Notes under the pieces: model-generated
Told to the model about the DNA's origin: nothing
The model's input: only the letters and a program-made list of their open reading frames with translations
The model's database searches: none
From: Eledone cirrhosa
Lineage: Eukaryota
Assembly: GCA_964016885.1 (NCBI GenBank)
Contig: OZ024740.1
Location: forward strand, 124,062,001-124,126,000
Direction: 5' to 3'
Length of the DNA stretch: 64,000 nucleotides
Part shown: in pieces, positions 24,561-36,800 of the stretch
Position numbering within the stretch: position 1 is the stretch's first letter
Layout of the letters: each line of letters starts with the position of its first letter
Position numbers and translations under genes: made by a program

Positions 24561-25307
24561 CTTCTACAACAGTAGTATTTAGAATGAGTTCAGTGTATTT
24601 ATGCATCAAGATCTTGTTATGCTTATTGAAACTGTACTTTTGAAAAACACTTAGTCTATCCATCTGGCACCATGTGAAGGTACAAAGTGTACTAGATTTC
24701 ATGATGGAGATAATCATAACAATGGACATTGCAGTTAAACCAGTATTTGAGAGTGAGCTGACTGGAAAATTATGAAGACCCAGGTGACGATATATTAGAT
24801 AGAAATAGAAGATAAGGAGATAGAGGTAGCAATGGTTCTAGTGGTGCTAATAAGAATAACAGCAATGTTGATAGTTATGGTAATTGTGATATAAGAGATA
24901 ACTGAAGTGATGATATTAATAATGATGCTGATGGTGGTAATCATGATGATAATAATAATTATAGTATTGATAATGTGACTGAGTTGATAATAAAATGAAG
25001 TATGATGTTGGTGGTAATAAGGATTTCAAACATGTAATCAACTAATGCTGTTATTTCACATATCTCCAAATAGAATAACACGTTCCCACCACCAGCATCA
25101 CTACCACCACCAATACTTTCCCCAGGCAAAGTCAGCTCATATATATTTCTAATCTAAATAATAAAAGAAATAGGTGATCATTAAGATATCTTACTTCTAT
25201 TACTTACTTTTCAATATAATGTTACCTTATAGAATAGAAACTGGAATTTTGTTTTATCACAAGTAATATATATATATATATATATATAGATATATAGATA
25301 CATGTGT

Positions 25308-26015
25308 ATCATCATCATCACTGTTTTACATCCATTCTGCCACGCTAGCATGGGTTAGACGGTTGTCCTGTTGTGGGCAATGTTAGGTCGGGTGACCTTG
25401 TCTTGCTCATACGGGAACTGCTTTGGGCTTGATTTTTACAGCTGGATGCACTTCCTAACACCAACCTCATTTGCAGTGAGTGCTGGGTGTTTTTTTTTTT
25501 TTGTGGCACCTACACAACCACTTTACAGTGTGGTCTGGATGTTTATTGTCATGACACCTCCATGACCACTTGGCAGTGGGAGGGGATGGATGCATATTGT
25601 CTATATGCTTCGAATTCTGCTTGTTCCCAGAAGTCACAGTCCTTTGAGAGGTGAAATTGGGCAAGGTCCACTTTTATCACCTCATCCTGGGTCTTCTTGG
25701 GTCTCCCCACTCCATGGGTTCCATCAACCTTTAGTGCTCTGCACCGTTTTATGCAGCTGTCATCCTTCATACACATCACATGTCTATACTAACACATCCT
25801 CCTCTCCTGCACACAGCATTTGATTCCTCTTATGCTCAGTCTCTCTCTCAGTTTGTTTATGCTTTGCCGTTCACGTATATTACTATTACACATCCATCAG
25901 AGCATGCAAGCTTTGTTTCTTTCTAATCTATGCAAGGCTTCTACACACAGCACCCAGGTCTCACTACCATGTAACATTGCTGTTCGTATGCACACATCAT
26001 AGAGTCTGCCTTTCT
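25308..26015 (-). mobile_element. 5'-truncated family A RTE LINE
   Basis: MKDDSCIKRCRALKVDGTHGVGRPKKT, the 3' UTR and a (CAT)n tail on the plus strand; both ends lie in TA repeats. Confidence 0.88.
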
Positions 26016-26058
26016 TATATGTATATATATATATGTGTATATATATATATATATTTTA

Positions 26059-26697
26059 AGACATAAATTGCCTTAAATGTGTTGAAATGTCCGAAATCCT
26101 CAGCAGACAACTGAAGAGGGAACCTGCCCCTTTTTCTGCTTTCCTTTTATTTCTAAGTGCACTTTATCAAGTAACCACACAGCCTCTTGTACCTTCTATT
26201 TTTTTTTTTTTTTGCTGTGACTTGTTTTTTCTCTCCATCTCCATTGTTGTTATTAACTCTTTCCCCTTTCTCTCTCCTTCTCTCACTCATACTTTCTCTC
26301 TCTCTCTGCTCCCTTATTACTTCCATTTTCTCTCATCTCTGCCTCTTTTCGCCTACTCCCACTGAGGTTAGACTTGTTTTTCTTCACTCTCACAATCTTG
26401 CTGTCAATAAGGCATCGGACTTATGTACAGCTGCCAGTTTGACTTCTCTCTCTCCTGATTACTTACATACATGTGCTTCTCGGTATGTTTTCTGCATTTT
26501 TTCTCTTTTTTTTCTCTCTCCTTTTTTCTTTCTCCAATAACTTACAAAAGCACTGGGGATAGACATGTCGTTATTGCGTTGAAATGTCTGAGACCCCCAG
26601 CAGACAACTGAAGAGGGGAGCAGTCCCTTGATTGTGCTTTCCTTTTATTTCTAAATATACTTTATCAAGTAATCATACAGCCCCTTGTTCCTTCTAT
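26059..26697 (+). mobile_element. Direct-repeat element (period ~497 bp) with degenerate permuted hammerhead motif
   Basis: 26059-26199 is repeated at 26561-26697. Both repeats contain AGACAT..GTTGAAATGTC..CAGCAGACAACTGAAGAGGG. The spacer is pyrimidine-rich and the flanks are TA repeats. Confidence 0.7.
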
Positions 26698-26764
26698 ATA
26701 TGTATATATATATTTATATATGATAATAATGGAGCTGCGTTGCAAATGGGTTACATATGAAAAA

Positions 26765-26850
26765 TGTGTCCTTCATCAGTGGCCTTCCAACCGTCGTAGG
26801 CATTTCGTCGCTTTAAAGGCCATATACCTCAGGTTGGTGCGAGCAACGGC
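26765..26850 (-). ncRNA. Candidate non-circularly permuted hammerhead ribozyme, copy 1
   Basis: Same motif as copy 2, with CTGATGA at 26779-26773 and predicted cleavage between 26823 and 26822. Confidence 0.6.
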
Positions 26851-27393
26851 TAAAAAAAGTCGTTGGGACACGTAAATAAAGGGAACGCTAGGGTAAACAA
26901 ACAAAATGGTTTAAGCAACAGAAAGTGATGAAGAAGAAAGAAACAAGTCCCAGATTTCTATGAATATAAATTCGGTGGAATCGTGAACGAGAGAATAAAG
27001 ACCATCAAACCTGGTTGAAATGTGAGCAAGGAAGGAATTTCGCACAGGTCTAACGGGAGGAAGAAGGGGTCTGGTCTGCGAATTCGGTAAACATAAGTTC
27101 TATGAAATCGCAGACGAGAGAGAGAGAGAGAAAAAAATTAATACCGGCTTGGTCAAGTGCGCGCGAGAAAAGGATTACGGACAGGTTAAACGGGAAGAAA
27201 GGGGAGGAGGAGAGGTAGTGACAGAGAATGAGTGAGTGAAAGGTGAGGAAGAGGCTAACAGAGAGAGAGAGACTGCTAGAAAGGGTAAAGATACAAAGAA
27301 CGAAACAGACGGGTAGCAGCGGAGGAAAAAATATATGTGTAAATATGATAATAATGGAGCTGCGGCGTTGCAAATGGGTTACATATGAAAAAG

Positions 27394-27479
27394 TTTGTCC
27401 TTCATCAGTGGCCTTCCAACCGTCGTAGGCATTTCGTCGCTTTAAAGGCCATATACCTCAGGTTGGTGCGAGCAACGGC
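27394..27479 (-). ncRNA. Candidate non-circularly permuted hammerhead ribozyme, copy 2
   Basis: Minus strand reads GTTGCT-cgca-CCAACC-tg-AGGTATA^TGGCCTT-taa-AGCGAC-GAAA-TGCCT-acgac-GGTTGG-AAGGCCA-CTGATGA-agg. Confidence 0.6.
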
Positions 27480-27759
27480 TAAAAAAAGTCGTTGGGACAC
27501 GTAAATAAAGGGGACGCTAGGGTAAACAAACAAAATGGTTTAAGCAACAGAAAGTGATGAAGAAGAAAGAAACAAGTCCCAGATTTCTATGAATATAAAT
27601 TCGGTGGAATCGTGAACGAGAGAATAAAGACCATCAAATATTTATATATATATTTATATATACATATAATGTATATATATCATATATGTATGTATATATA
27701 TTATATATGTATATATATATATTATATATGTTTCTATGAATATATATATATATGTATAT

Positions 27760-29172
27760 ACTTATGATGAATTTAGCGTAATAATAGTGGTTCATCAGGG
27801 CTCCGTTCTTAGCCCCCTCCTGTTTATTATTGTCCTACAGGCTATAACAGAGGGGTTTAAGATTGGCTGCCCATGGGAACTTCTATATGCAGATGATCTA
27901 ACTCTCATAGCTGAATCCATGGCTAAACTAGAGAGGAAGTTCCAAACATGGAAGCTTGGCCTTGAATCAAAAGGCCTTAGAGTCAACTTGTCTAAGACTA
28001 AGGTTCTAGTATGTAGAAAGGAGAATAGGGCACAGGTACCCTCTGGGAAATGGCCATGCTCAGTGTGTAAGAAAGGAGTAGGCAGAAACTCCATTCTATG
28101 TCCCAAATGCAAACTATGGGTACATAAAAGATGTAGTGGGATCAGAGGTAAGCTATCTAAGAATGTAGATTTTATATGTGGCCGATGCTCAGGAGCAGTA
28201 AGTAGCAAGGACCCACTGGATGAAATCTCCTTCAACTGCCTAGATGGTTCTATAGAAATAGTAGATACCTTCCGTTTTCTGGGTGACAAAATCAGTGGTG
28301 GGGATGGGTGCTCTGAAAGTGTAGTTAGAGTGGGATGGAAAAAGTTCAGAGAGCTAATACCGCTGTTGGCCACAAGAGGTTTTTCTCTAAAAATGAATGG
28401 CAGATTGTATGATGCATGTATACGAACAGTGATATTACATGGTAGTGAGACTTGGGCATTGTGTGCTGAAGACCTTTGTAGATTAGAAAGAAATGAAGCT
28501 TACATGCTCCGATGGATGTGTAATAGTAATGTGCACGAAAGGTGAAGCATAAACGAATTAAGAGGGAGACTAAGCATAAGAGGTATCAAATGTGTTCTGG
28601 AGAGGAGATTGCGTTTGTATAGACATGTGATGCATATGAAGGACGACAGCTGTATAAAAAAAGTGCAGGGCAATGAAAATTGATGGAAGCTATGGAGTGG
28701 GTAGACCAAGAAAAACCTGGGACGAGGTAATAAAAACTGATCTTGCCCACTTACACCTCTCTAAGACAATGACACTGGATTGAGATCTTTGGTGCCATGC
28801 AGTTGTACAGAAGACCTGACTGCCATTGCATACAAACCTACAGTCAGTAGGCATCTCTTAACCCAATGTACACCGCGCCTCCACACCCCACCCCGTCTTC
28901 CCTTTCCCATTCCGTCCACTGTGTCGATGACACAACAGTCCACACTGTGAGGTGGCCATGTAGGAGACATGATGAAAAGGCTCCCAGTCCACACTGTAAA
29001 TGTGGTTGGTGTTAGGAAGGGCATCCAGCTGTAAAACAACCTGCCAGAGATGCTTCCGTGCGAGCGAGACATGGTCTCCCGGCTATTCCTGCATCAAATG
29101 AAACAAAACCGTCTAATAGATGCTGGCATGGAAGATGGATGTTAACCGATGATGAAGATGATGATGATGATT
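27760..29172 (+). mobile_element. Family A RTE LINE with PHD-like insert, 3' UTR and (GAT)n tail
   Basis: ORF 27736-28545 reads HQGSVLSP, LYADD, CSVC..CPKC..HKRC..CGRC and FRFLG. Tail gatgaagatgatgatgatga. Confidence 0.92.
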
Positions 29173-29939
29173 CATATATAAATATATATGTACATATATA
29201 TTTATATATAGAGTTGACAGAGATATTCTAATCATGGGAGTACTCGATGCATGGGGAGATGCGGTATCGGGATAGAGTTATATAAAATCCCGACACCTCT
29301 ATGCATTCAGTATGTATACACATATATACATTTCTTCACTGGTTACCAACACATATGATCAATTCTACCTATTTTTTAATCCCTATAACTTAACTGATCT
29401 TATTTGATCCTATTTCTATTTTGTTTAGCCATCTGCTCATTTAATTCTATATAACCAACCTTTTACTGTTAATTCTTCTCTTAGAAATACTCCTTGAGCC
29501 TATAAACTCCATCTATAAATAAACTTACCTTCCCACCCTCTATTCCTATGACCATTATTCCCCTCCTCTTCCTACTTCAATCCTTCCCTCTAACCACCTC
29601 TACCTCAACCCCCACTACTTCCTTCTCTTGACCCCTTGTGAGTCCAGAGACACTCACCACTGTCTCCATTAAACTAGTTTACTACTATCATAAACTCAAC
29701 AAAAGCAATAACAAATCCAGTGACCAATTTTCTCACACCTTACAAATATCAACACCCTTGAAAAAGGCTTTCTGAACAAACAAGCTGAAACTGCTTTGTA
29801 CTGTGGTTGGGATTTTACATATCTCTCCATATATATTTATATATCCACCAGCTGCATGTGTTTTTCATTGGAAGCATGACCCTCAAAAAGTATAACACTA
29901 TCCGTTTCAATACATGTTTTGAAAAAAAAAATCTTGCAA

Positions 29940-29944
29940 ACCGA

Positions 29945-30006
<62 letters not shown>

Positions 30007-30030
30007 AACAATAATAATAAATAATAATAA
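29940..30030. repeat. (TA)n and (AAT)n microsatellite, representative of many in the window
   Basis: Seen directly. Similar arrays at ~7470-7540, 13048-13107, 49660-49725, 50044-50080 and 55712-55865. Confidence 0.95.
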
Positions 30031-30409
30031 ATACAAAGACCAAAATCCGAAGAGGTCTGAATTAGGATTGTATATATATATATATATAAGTATATATAAA
30101 CACGTACAGCAAATATTTATTATTAGTATGGATTAAAAGTTTAAGCAATGAATTACTGATTTCACCCTATGTGGGATCTTCTGAAACTGAGAAAAAATAA
30201 TCTGTAGCAATAGAAGTAAATATTTCAAAAACGGTACAACCAAATATTGCTTTTAGAAAACAGGAAGACCTAACAGTGTTGCTTGAGGACATATGCAAGA
30301 ATAATTACGTCATTATGTGGAACGGGAAGAAAACTTCTTTCTATGAAAAAAATGTATGCTTGCTATGAAAAAAATCAGGAGACTAATATACTTTTTAGAA
30401 TAGCCAGAT

Positions 30410-31975
30410 ACCATCATCATCATCATTTTACATCCGCTTTTCCCTGATTGCAGGGGTGGGACGGGCCCTATTCAGCACAGCATCTCTAGACTTGTCACGG
30501 TCCTTCCTCATCTCCTCCGTGAGCTTCAGCAATCTGAGGTCCACTCTCATCACCCCTGCCCATGCTTTTTCTGGTCTTCCTCTACTGTGTCTTCCTTCTA
30601 CTGGGAATGCTTGGCACTTCTTTACCTAGCGGTCATCCTCCATGCGCATCACATGACCATATCATCGCAGTCTTCTCTACTGCACACTACAATTTATCCC
30701 TCTTATACACAGTTTCTCTTTCAACCCATCTATACTTGGTCATTCACACACATTAACATTGCACATCCAACGGAGCATGCTTGCTTCATTTCTCTCCAGC
30801 CATCGCATATCTGCAGTTGCTCCCCATGTCTCACTACCATGCAGCATCGCGCATCTCGCACAAGCATCATATAACTGGCCTTACATATTCAGGTAGAAAC
30901 CCTTCTTTGTCAACAGAGGAAGCAGCTCCCTAAACTTCTTCCAACCCGTCTTTATCCTAGATGCTATAGTTCCGGAACACCCCCTCCCATGCTAATCTGA
31001 TCACCTAGGTACCGGAAGCTATCAACCACTTCTATAGAACCCACCTGCATTGTGTCTATCATTGCAACTTCTGCTATCAAATTTCCCTGTCCATCTACTG
31101 CAGTTTGCCTGCTATCCCACTGCATCTCTTGTGTACCCAAGATCTGCATTGTGTACATTTTATAGAATTTATGCCAGCTCCTTTTCTACATATCAAACAT
31201 GGCCATTTCCCTGACGGAATCAGGGTCTTGTCCTCTTTTCTACTCATCAACACTTTTGTCTTAGCTAGGTTCACTCTCAGTCCTCTTGATTCCAACTGCT
31301 GTTTCCATAGCCAGAATTAAACTCTAGCTCCCCTATTGATTCTGCTATAAGAACCAGATCGTCAGCATAGAGAATTTCCCATGGGCAGCCAGTCTTAAGC
31401 TCCTCTGTTATGGCTTGGAGGACTATAATGAACAATAGCGGGCTGACGACGGAACCCTGATGTACTCCTACTTGTGTCTGGAATTCCTCACTAACTCCAT
31501 TCCTACTCTCACTTTACTGAGAGAACCTCTGTACATAGCTTGCACTGTCCTCACAAGCCTTTCCTCTACACTTAGTTTCCTTAAAAACCACCAGATGACA
31601 GATTGGGATACCCTATAAAAGGCCTTCTCTAGGCCAGCAAAAGCTAAGTATAGTGGCTTATTCTTCTCTAAGAACCTCTCTTGTAGTTGTTTCCCTAAGC
31701 ACTAAAAAGAGGGCATCTGTTGTACTTTTCCCAGGCACAAAACCAAACTGCATCTCATCTAATTTCACCTTTTCTCTAATCAGTTGCGCTAATATTCTCT
31801 CTGCCACTTTCATAACCTGATCCATCAGTTTTATGCCCCTTTAATTGCTCCTCTCCAGAGCATTCCCTTTACTTTTTGTAGCAATTTATGAGAATACTGC
31901 TGCACCAGTCTTTGGGTATGACTTCACCATATATAGCTTAATTGACGATGCCTGCAATCAGTTTATTTCCTACCG
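30410..31975 (-). mobile_element. Decayed RTE LINE related to family A (different 3' end), with partial PHD-like insert
   Basis: LRVNLAKTKVL..WPCLICRKGAGINSIKCTQCRSWVHKRC, FRYLGD and LYADD (~31360). (CAT)n tail at 30412. Confidence 0.88.
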
Positions 31976-32764
31976 TATATGAAAAATGATGTTAATAATA
32001 GTAAAAGTAATAATAATAATGAGAACATTAATAGTAATGCTCTTACATGAGTATGCACTGACTGGTGTGGATATATACGTAAACAAAGATATAGTGTATA
32101 CAAATCATACGTTTATACGTTAAATAGTGAGAGAAACGATTTTTTTGTGGGAAGAGAAGTTAATTCTCTGTCAATGGACTAATGCACTAGTTTCTGTTAC
32201 CCAATCTGCTGGCAACAGACTATATTGGACTGGCGTGCATAGAAATTAGGTAATACTATTAAACATTACGTAATCGGCTAAGACTAACTTCATTAGCTAG
32301 GGGTTAGCCACCTCGGACCAGGATAAACACTAGCCCACTATTTGGTTTGCAATCACTGTTACAGTAGTCAGTGTCACTTTCAGTGTCATGTGACAGTGAA
32401 AAGGAGCTAAGCTAGTATTCCCTATTTTTGAGGAACATACTGACACATCGTTACAAATTGAAAAAAGTAGAGAATGAGCCATTAAAGCACTTGGCTAGGT
32501 CTTCAGTATAGAAAGCTGAGACAAAATTGCAAACAATTAATCAAAATTGAACTATAATAAACAGAGTAAAATGTTCAACTTACAATTTGTATGCAATAAT
32601 ATTGAAACAAAGTCATCAGAAGAACCGATGTATCTCCAGCCATTCTCTCACTTAATCAATTTTTTAATTAAGCCAGCATCATTAAGATACCAACCAAAAT
32701 GGAAAGCATAGTGTACACTTATACGTTAAATAGTGAAAGAAGAGATTTTATTTTTGTGTGTTAT

Positions 32765-32890
32765 ATATATTGGGCTTGCAATCGGAAGTTTGTGAGTTCA
32801 ATTCTCAGACCGGGTGATGTGTTGTTTCCTTGAGCAAGACACTTTATTTCACATTGATCCAGTTTACTCAGCTGTAGAAATGAGATGATA
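32765..32890 (+). mobile_element. tRNA-derived SINE family 2
   Basis: B-box GAGTTCAATTCTC followed by ccttgagcaagacactttatttcacattg. Other copies lie on the minus strand at ~36610-36755, 44080-44225, 50930-51050 and 51770-52030. Confidence 0.7.
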
Positions 32891-32904
32891 GGACTGGGGT
32901 CCCT

Positions 32905-33170
32905 ATAATTCCACTGCAAAATTGTCGTGGAGGTGCCATGGAAAAAAAAGCACCCAGCCCACACTGTAAAGTAGACATGTAGGCGCCACGGAAAAAGAAG
33001 CACCCAGCACACACTGTAAATGATGTTGGTGTTAGGAAGGGCATCTAGCTGTAGAAATCAAACCAGAATCAGTTCCCGTATGAGCAAGACAAGGTCAGCC
33101 GACCAGATACTGCCCACAACAGGACAACATGTCTAACCCATGCTAGCGTGGAAGAAGAGACGTAAAACAA
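32905..33170 (+). mobile_element. Family A RTE 3' UTR fragment
   Basis: aaaagcacccagcacacactgtaaa repeats, ttaggaagggcatc and catgctagcgtggaag. Confidence 0.8.
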
Positions 33171-33539
33171 AACAAAAAAAAAAAAATATATATATATATA
33201 TATGCATGTATGTATGTGTACATATGTATGTATATATGTAAGGTCACTTTTCAGCGCTACTGGTAACATGAAACCGAGTACAACCTGTGCATGGTTGTGC
33301 CATCGGCATATAAACCGGGAACCCCACCAAGCTTGCTTGGTGAGAAGCGTGATTTTGGACACCCTGTGGAATTAAAAAGAAAACCCGCCAAAGGGCAAAG
33401 GATCTCAGGAGAGTCAACGGCCATCCAATAAATTTTTTTTTTATTCTGGAGAGAGATACTCCTAGTCTTCATTAAGACATCTCTCTGGGAGAAGATTTAT
33501 CTGATATAAAACCTGCGATTTTATATCCAATGATGTAGA

Positions 33540-33870
33540 CTAGTTCTTCTTTTTGGGCAAATACATTTGATGCAAGCAGGGAAAAGCAGACGGACCTGCA
33601 GGCTTGTGGGCTTCTTTGTCTTTAGGTAGTCTCAAGTAGCACATAACTAGATGGTGATCAGTTGACAGCTTATCCCCTCTCTTAACACGGACATCCAGTA
33701 CAGAAGAGGTCAGAGACAATAACAAAATGAATTACTGATCTCTATCCCTGATTCCTATTATACTTTGTGTGTTCATCGATGGCTCTGGATGAAGGTGTTC
33801 TCACTAAATCAGAAGTCTGATAATATATCTCCAGTCATATTGAGATCAGAATGACCGTTCCTTCCAATTG
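33540..33870 (-). mobile_element. APE endonuclease fragment of an RTE-type LINE
   Basis: VLDVRVKRGDKLSTDHHLVMC (SDH motif of APE). Confidence 0.7.
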
Positions 33871-36800
33871 ATACAGAACAACTATCTTCACTACTAATTA
33901 TGTCACCTAGATGATAGAAACTATCTTCTACTACTTCATATCACGCCATCTTAAAAGTACAAAGATGTCATTTCATGAGTACTGCCAGTTAACTGGTGTT
34001 GTACATTTAATACATTGTAAATGTTGGTTCTAGAAATCCAACTACATCTGTTGCTTCCTTACATGCGTACCACGATCACAGTATGTAATTACTATTTACA
34101 ATTATTCCTCTTTACATATCCTGGAAATAGGTTTCTTTATTAAGGAAACAGTCTGGTTGTAGTGAATAACATAAATAAAACTTATCTATCTTTGATAGTT
34201 ATGATGAAACTACCAATTTGCAAATATGCTGATTATTAAATTATCCATTCTACTATGAAGTAACCAAATTCTAATGTAAACAAATTAAAGATAACAATTT
34301 GTCAAGTGTTCATTTTCATTATTCTCCATTAGCTAATTCTAAAAACCTTTCTATTCTGTTACTACAAAAGATGCACCCAATACACCCTGTACACCCTGTA
34401 AAAGCATTAGTAAGAGCATCCAGCTGTAGACACCATGCAAACATGTTTGGGAAAAGGCACCAGTACATCCTGTAAATTTGTTGGCGATAGGAAGAGCATC
34501 CAGCCATAAAAAACTAGCCAAATAAAGTTTTCTGAAAGATATAACCACCTTCTTAATATCTCTGATTAATTAATTTGATCAGTAATGTCATATCCAACCC
34601 TTGTTAGCAGGGAAAATGGACATTATGTGATAATCTATGATGAGGGAACCTCTTTATGCATGCACAGTTTGTCATGAGTAAGTTAGATTGTTTTGTTTAA
34701 GAAAACAATACAATTCTTTCAATTAAAAATATTTTGAGTTCGTATTCTAACATTCAAAACATCAAAGTACATCATTTTTTCGGTTTTGAAATCACTTTCC
34801 TGTAACTCTTTTAGATTTATAAACACTCACTTTTCAATCAATGGCAACTTGAAAAAATATTTATTACTCAATTTTTCTTGGTGTTGCAACATAATTTTTA
34901 TGTTATTGGGTTAAAAAATAAAGATACTTATAATATTTTTCACCTATGTTTGCAAGGGTACATGAAAAGCCTGGTCTGAAAGTATGAAACAGAGTGAACT
35001 CCAGGAAAGACACTCACGGAGCAGCTGGTAGTGTTAAACTGGTTAAAATTATTTCCTAAATAAGCCAGAATTAAAGCAAGATTTGAACTCAGAACAAATA
35101 CAGCATAGCCACCACTACATTGCTTATTATATTTAATGGTTTTAGACACATTTCTACAATCAGGGAATAAATATTTAGGGAATTACCAGTAAATAATTTT
35201 AAATGACATAGAAAATATTTAACTAACTCATTTCAAACAGATTTCAGTTAGAACAAAAAATGTGTGTGTTGTAGGCTGCTTATAGATATGAAGCGATTTG
35301 AAGGATATAGAATTTTGAATAATATTGTTGTTTGAACATGATACTTCATTTCACATATATGAATAAACATTCAAGAGAAATAATATTCAACTGAGATATT
35401 TTCAAATATTCATTGGAACTAATAACTATGATTTGATGTGTTCTTTCTAAACAATATAATCAGGATTTTCCTAACTGCAATCATCAAACTAAAGGTAATT
35501 ACTATTTGGTTATTGCTAGTACTGTATTTCTGTGAATATTAAAATTACTTCTTCGCTATGTAATTAAAATCAAATAAATATAACTCTAAACTATAGTCGA
35601 CTGTAACACATTTCACAACATCATACCAACTTGTAGTTTCCTTGTAACATAAAATATTAAAGAATGAAAGATACTAATTTAACAAACTAAACTAGAAAAC
35701 TAATCTATAAACAATTCCCATGCACACATCTCTATATATGTATATGTATATATGTACATATGTATAGCTGGAACTAAAAATGAAAGGCAGAGTAAATAAT
35801 ACTTCTAGTAGAGTTTATTTATTTTGAAGAAGGTGATAATTCATTCCATTCCTATTCACAGATGTTTAGATCATGTGATTTTTAGGTGATAACTAGCGCA
35901 TGTGAGTGTATACAAATCTTATTTTTTAAATATTCAATCTATAAGGATGATGTTAATTCCTAAGAAATAAATTGCCAACTTTGGAATTTAAACAGTTATA
36001 GTTATACAGAGTTACATGTTTAACATTAAAGAATAATTCTCACTGTTCTTTTTATAAACTGAATTTTGAAAGCATATGTTAGGGAATTTCATTATCATCA
36101 TTGTTTAATGTCTGTTTTCCCTGTGAGCAAGGACTGGACAGGTTCTACATAGACAAAGTCACCACTGAAGTGGGGCTACTGACTTCCCAGACAGGCTAGA
36201 AAGGAGGGCATTGTATCTCAAACATGGTCTTATTTCAATCGAGTGCATAGGAGAACTTGGCATGCCTTTGACACAATCTGTGATGACCCATCTAGTTCTT
36301 AGTATCAAGGAAAATGGACATTAAATGCTACAGCTGATGATGAGGATGATAATGAATTCCACTGAATATACAGCCTGTATGTTTTAAATTATTTTCACTA
36401 CAATAATGACTTTTGAGGTCTTAAGTAAAATATCTTTAAATTATGTAATGTTATAGTGACAGGTCATCTATCAGTACCAACTATAAGTGTTTGACTAATT
36501 GGACAGCCTGTTCATAAGATTAATGTGCATGTCATTGAGAATTCCACAAAAACAGCTACCTTTAACATATTTTTCAGTGAAATTCAGCATGACACTGTCA
36601 TGCTGAATTAGTTACTACTCATTTTTTGCCAGCTGTGTAGAATGAAGCAATGTGAAATAAAATATCTTGCTTAAGAAAACCACATGCTACCAGGTTTGAA
36701 CTCCTGACCTTACAATCATGAGCTAAACCCTTTATCCACTAAGCCATTTACCTCCATATTGACTATTTGAAATTGCATAATATCATATCATAAATTTTAT

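Larger units (their letters stand above)
26718..27638 (-). mobile_element. Young direct-repeat element (~293-bp repeats, period 629 bp) with permuted hammerhead; retrozyme/PLE-pLTR-like
   Basis: 26718-27009 is nearly identical to 27343-27638. Non-coding, with TA-microsatellite flanks. Confidence 0.8.

Noticed and set aside
24780-25030. Acidic/Asn-rich coding-like stretch
   Set aside because: Degenerate (GAT/AAT/GGT)n low-complexity sequence with stops.
27394-27479. HDV-like ribozyme or ordinary type I/II hammerhead reading of the pseudoknot
   Set aside because: No P4/J4-2 segment for HDV. A type I reading needs CTGAGGT as core and leaves CTGATGA unused. The permuted reading places both core boxes and stems I and III in register.
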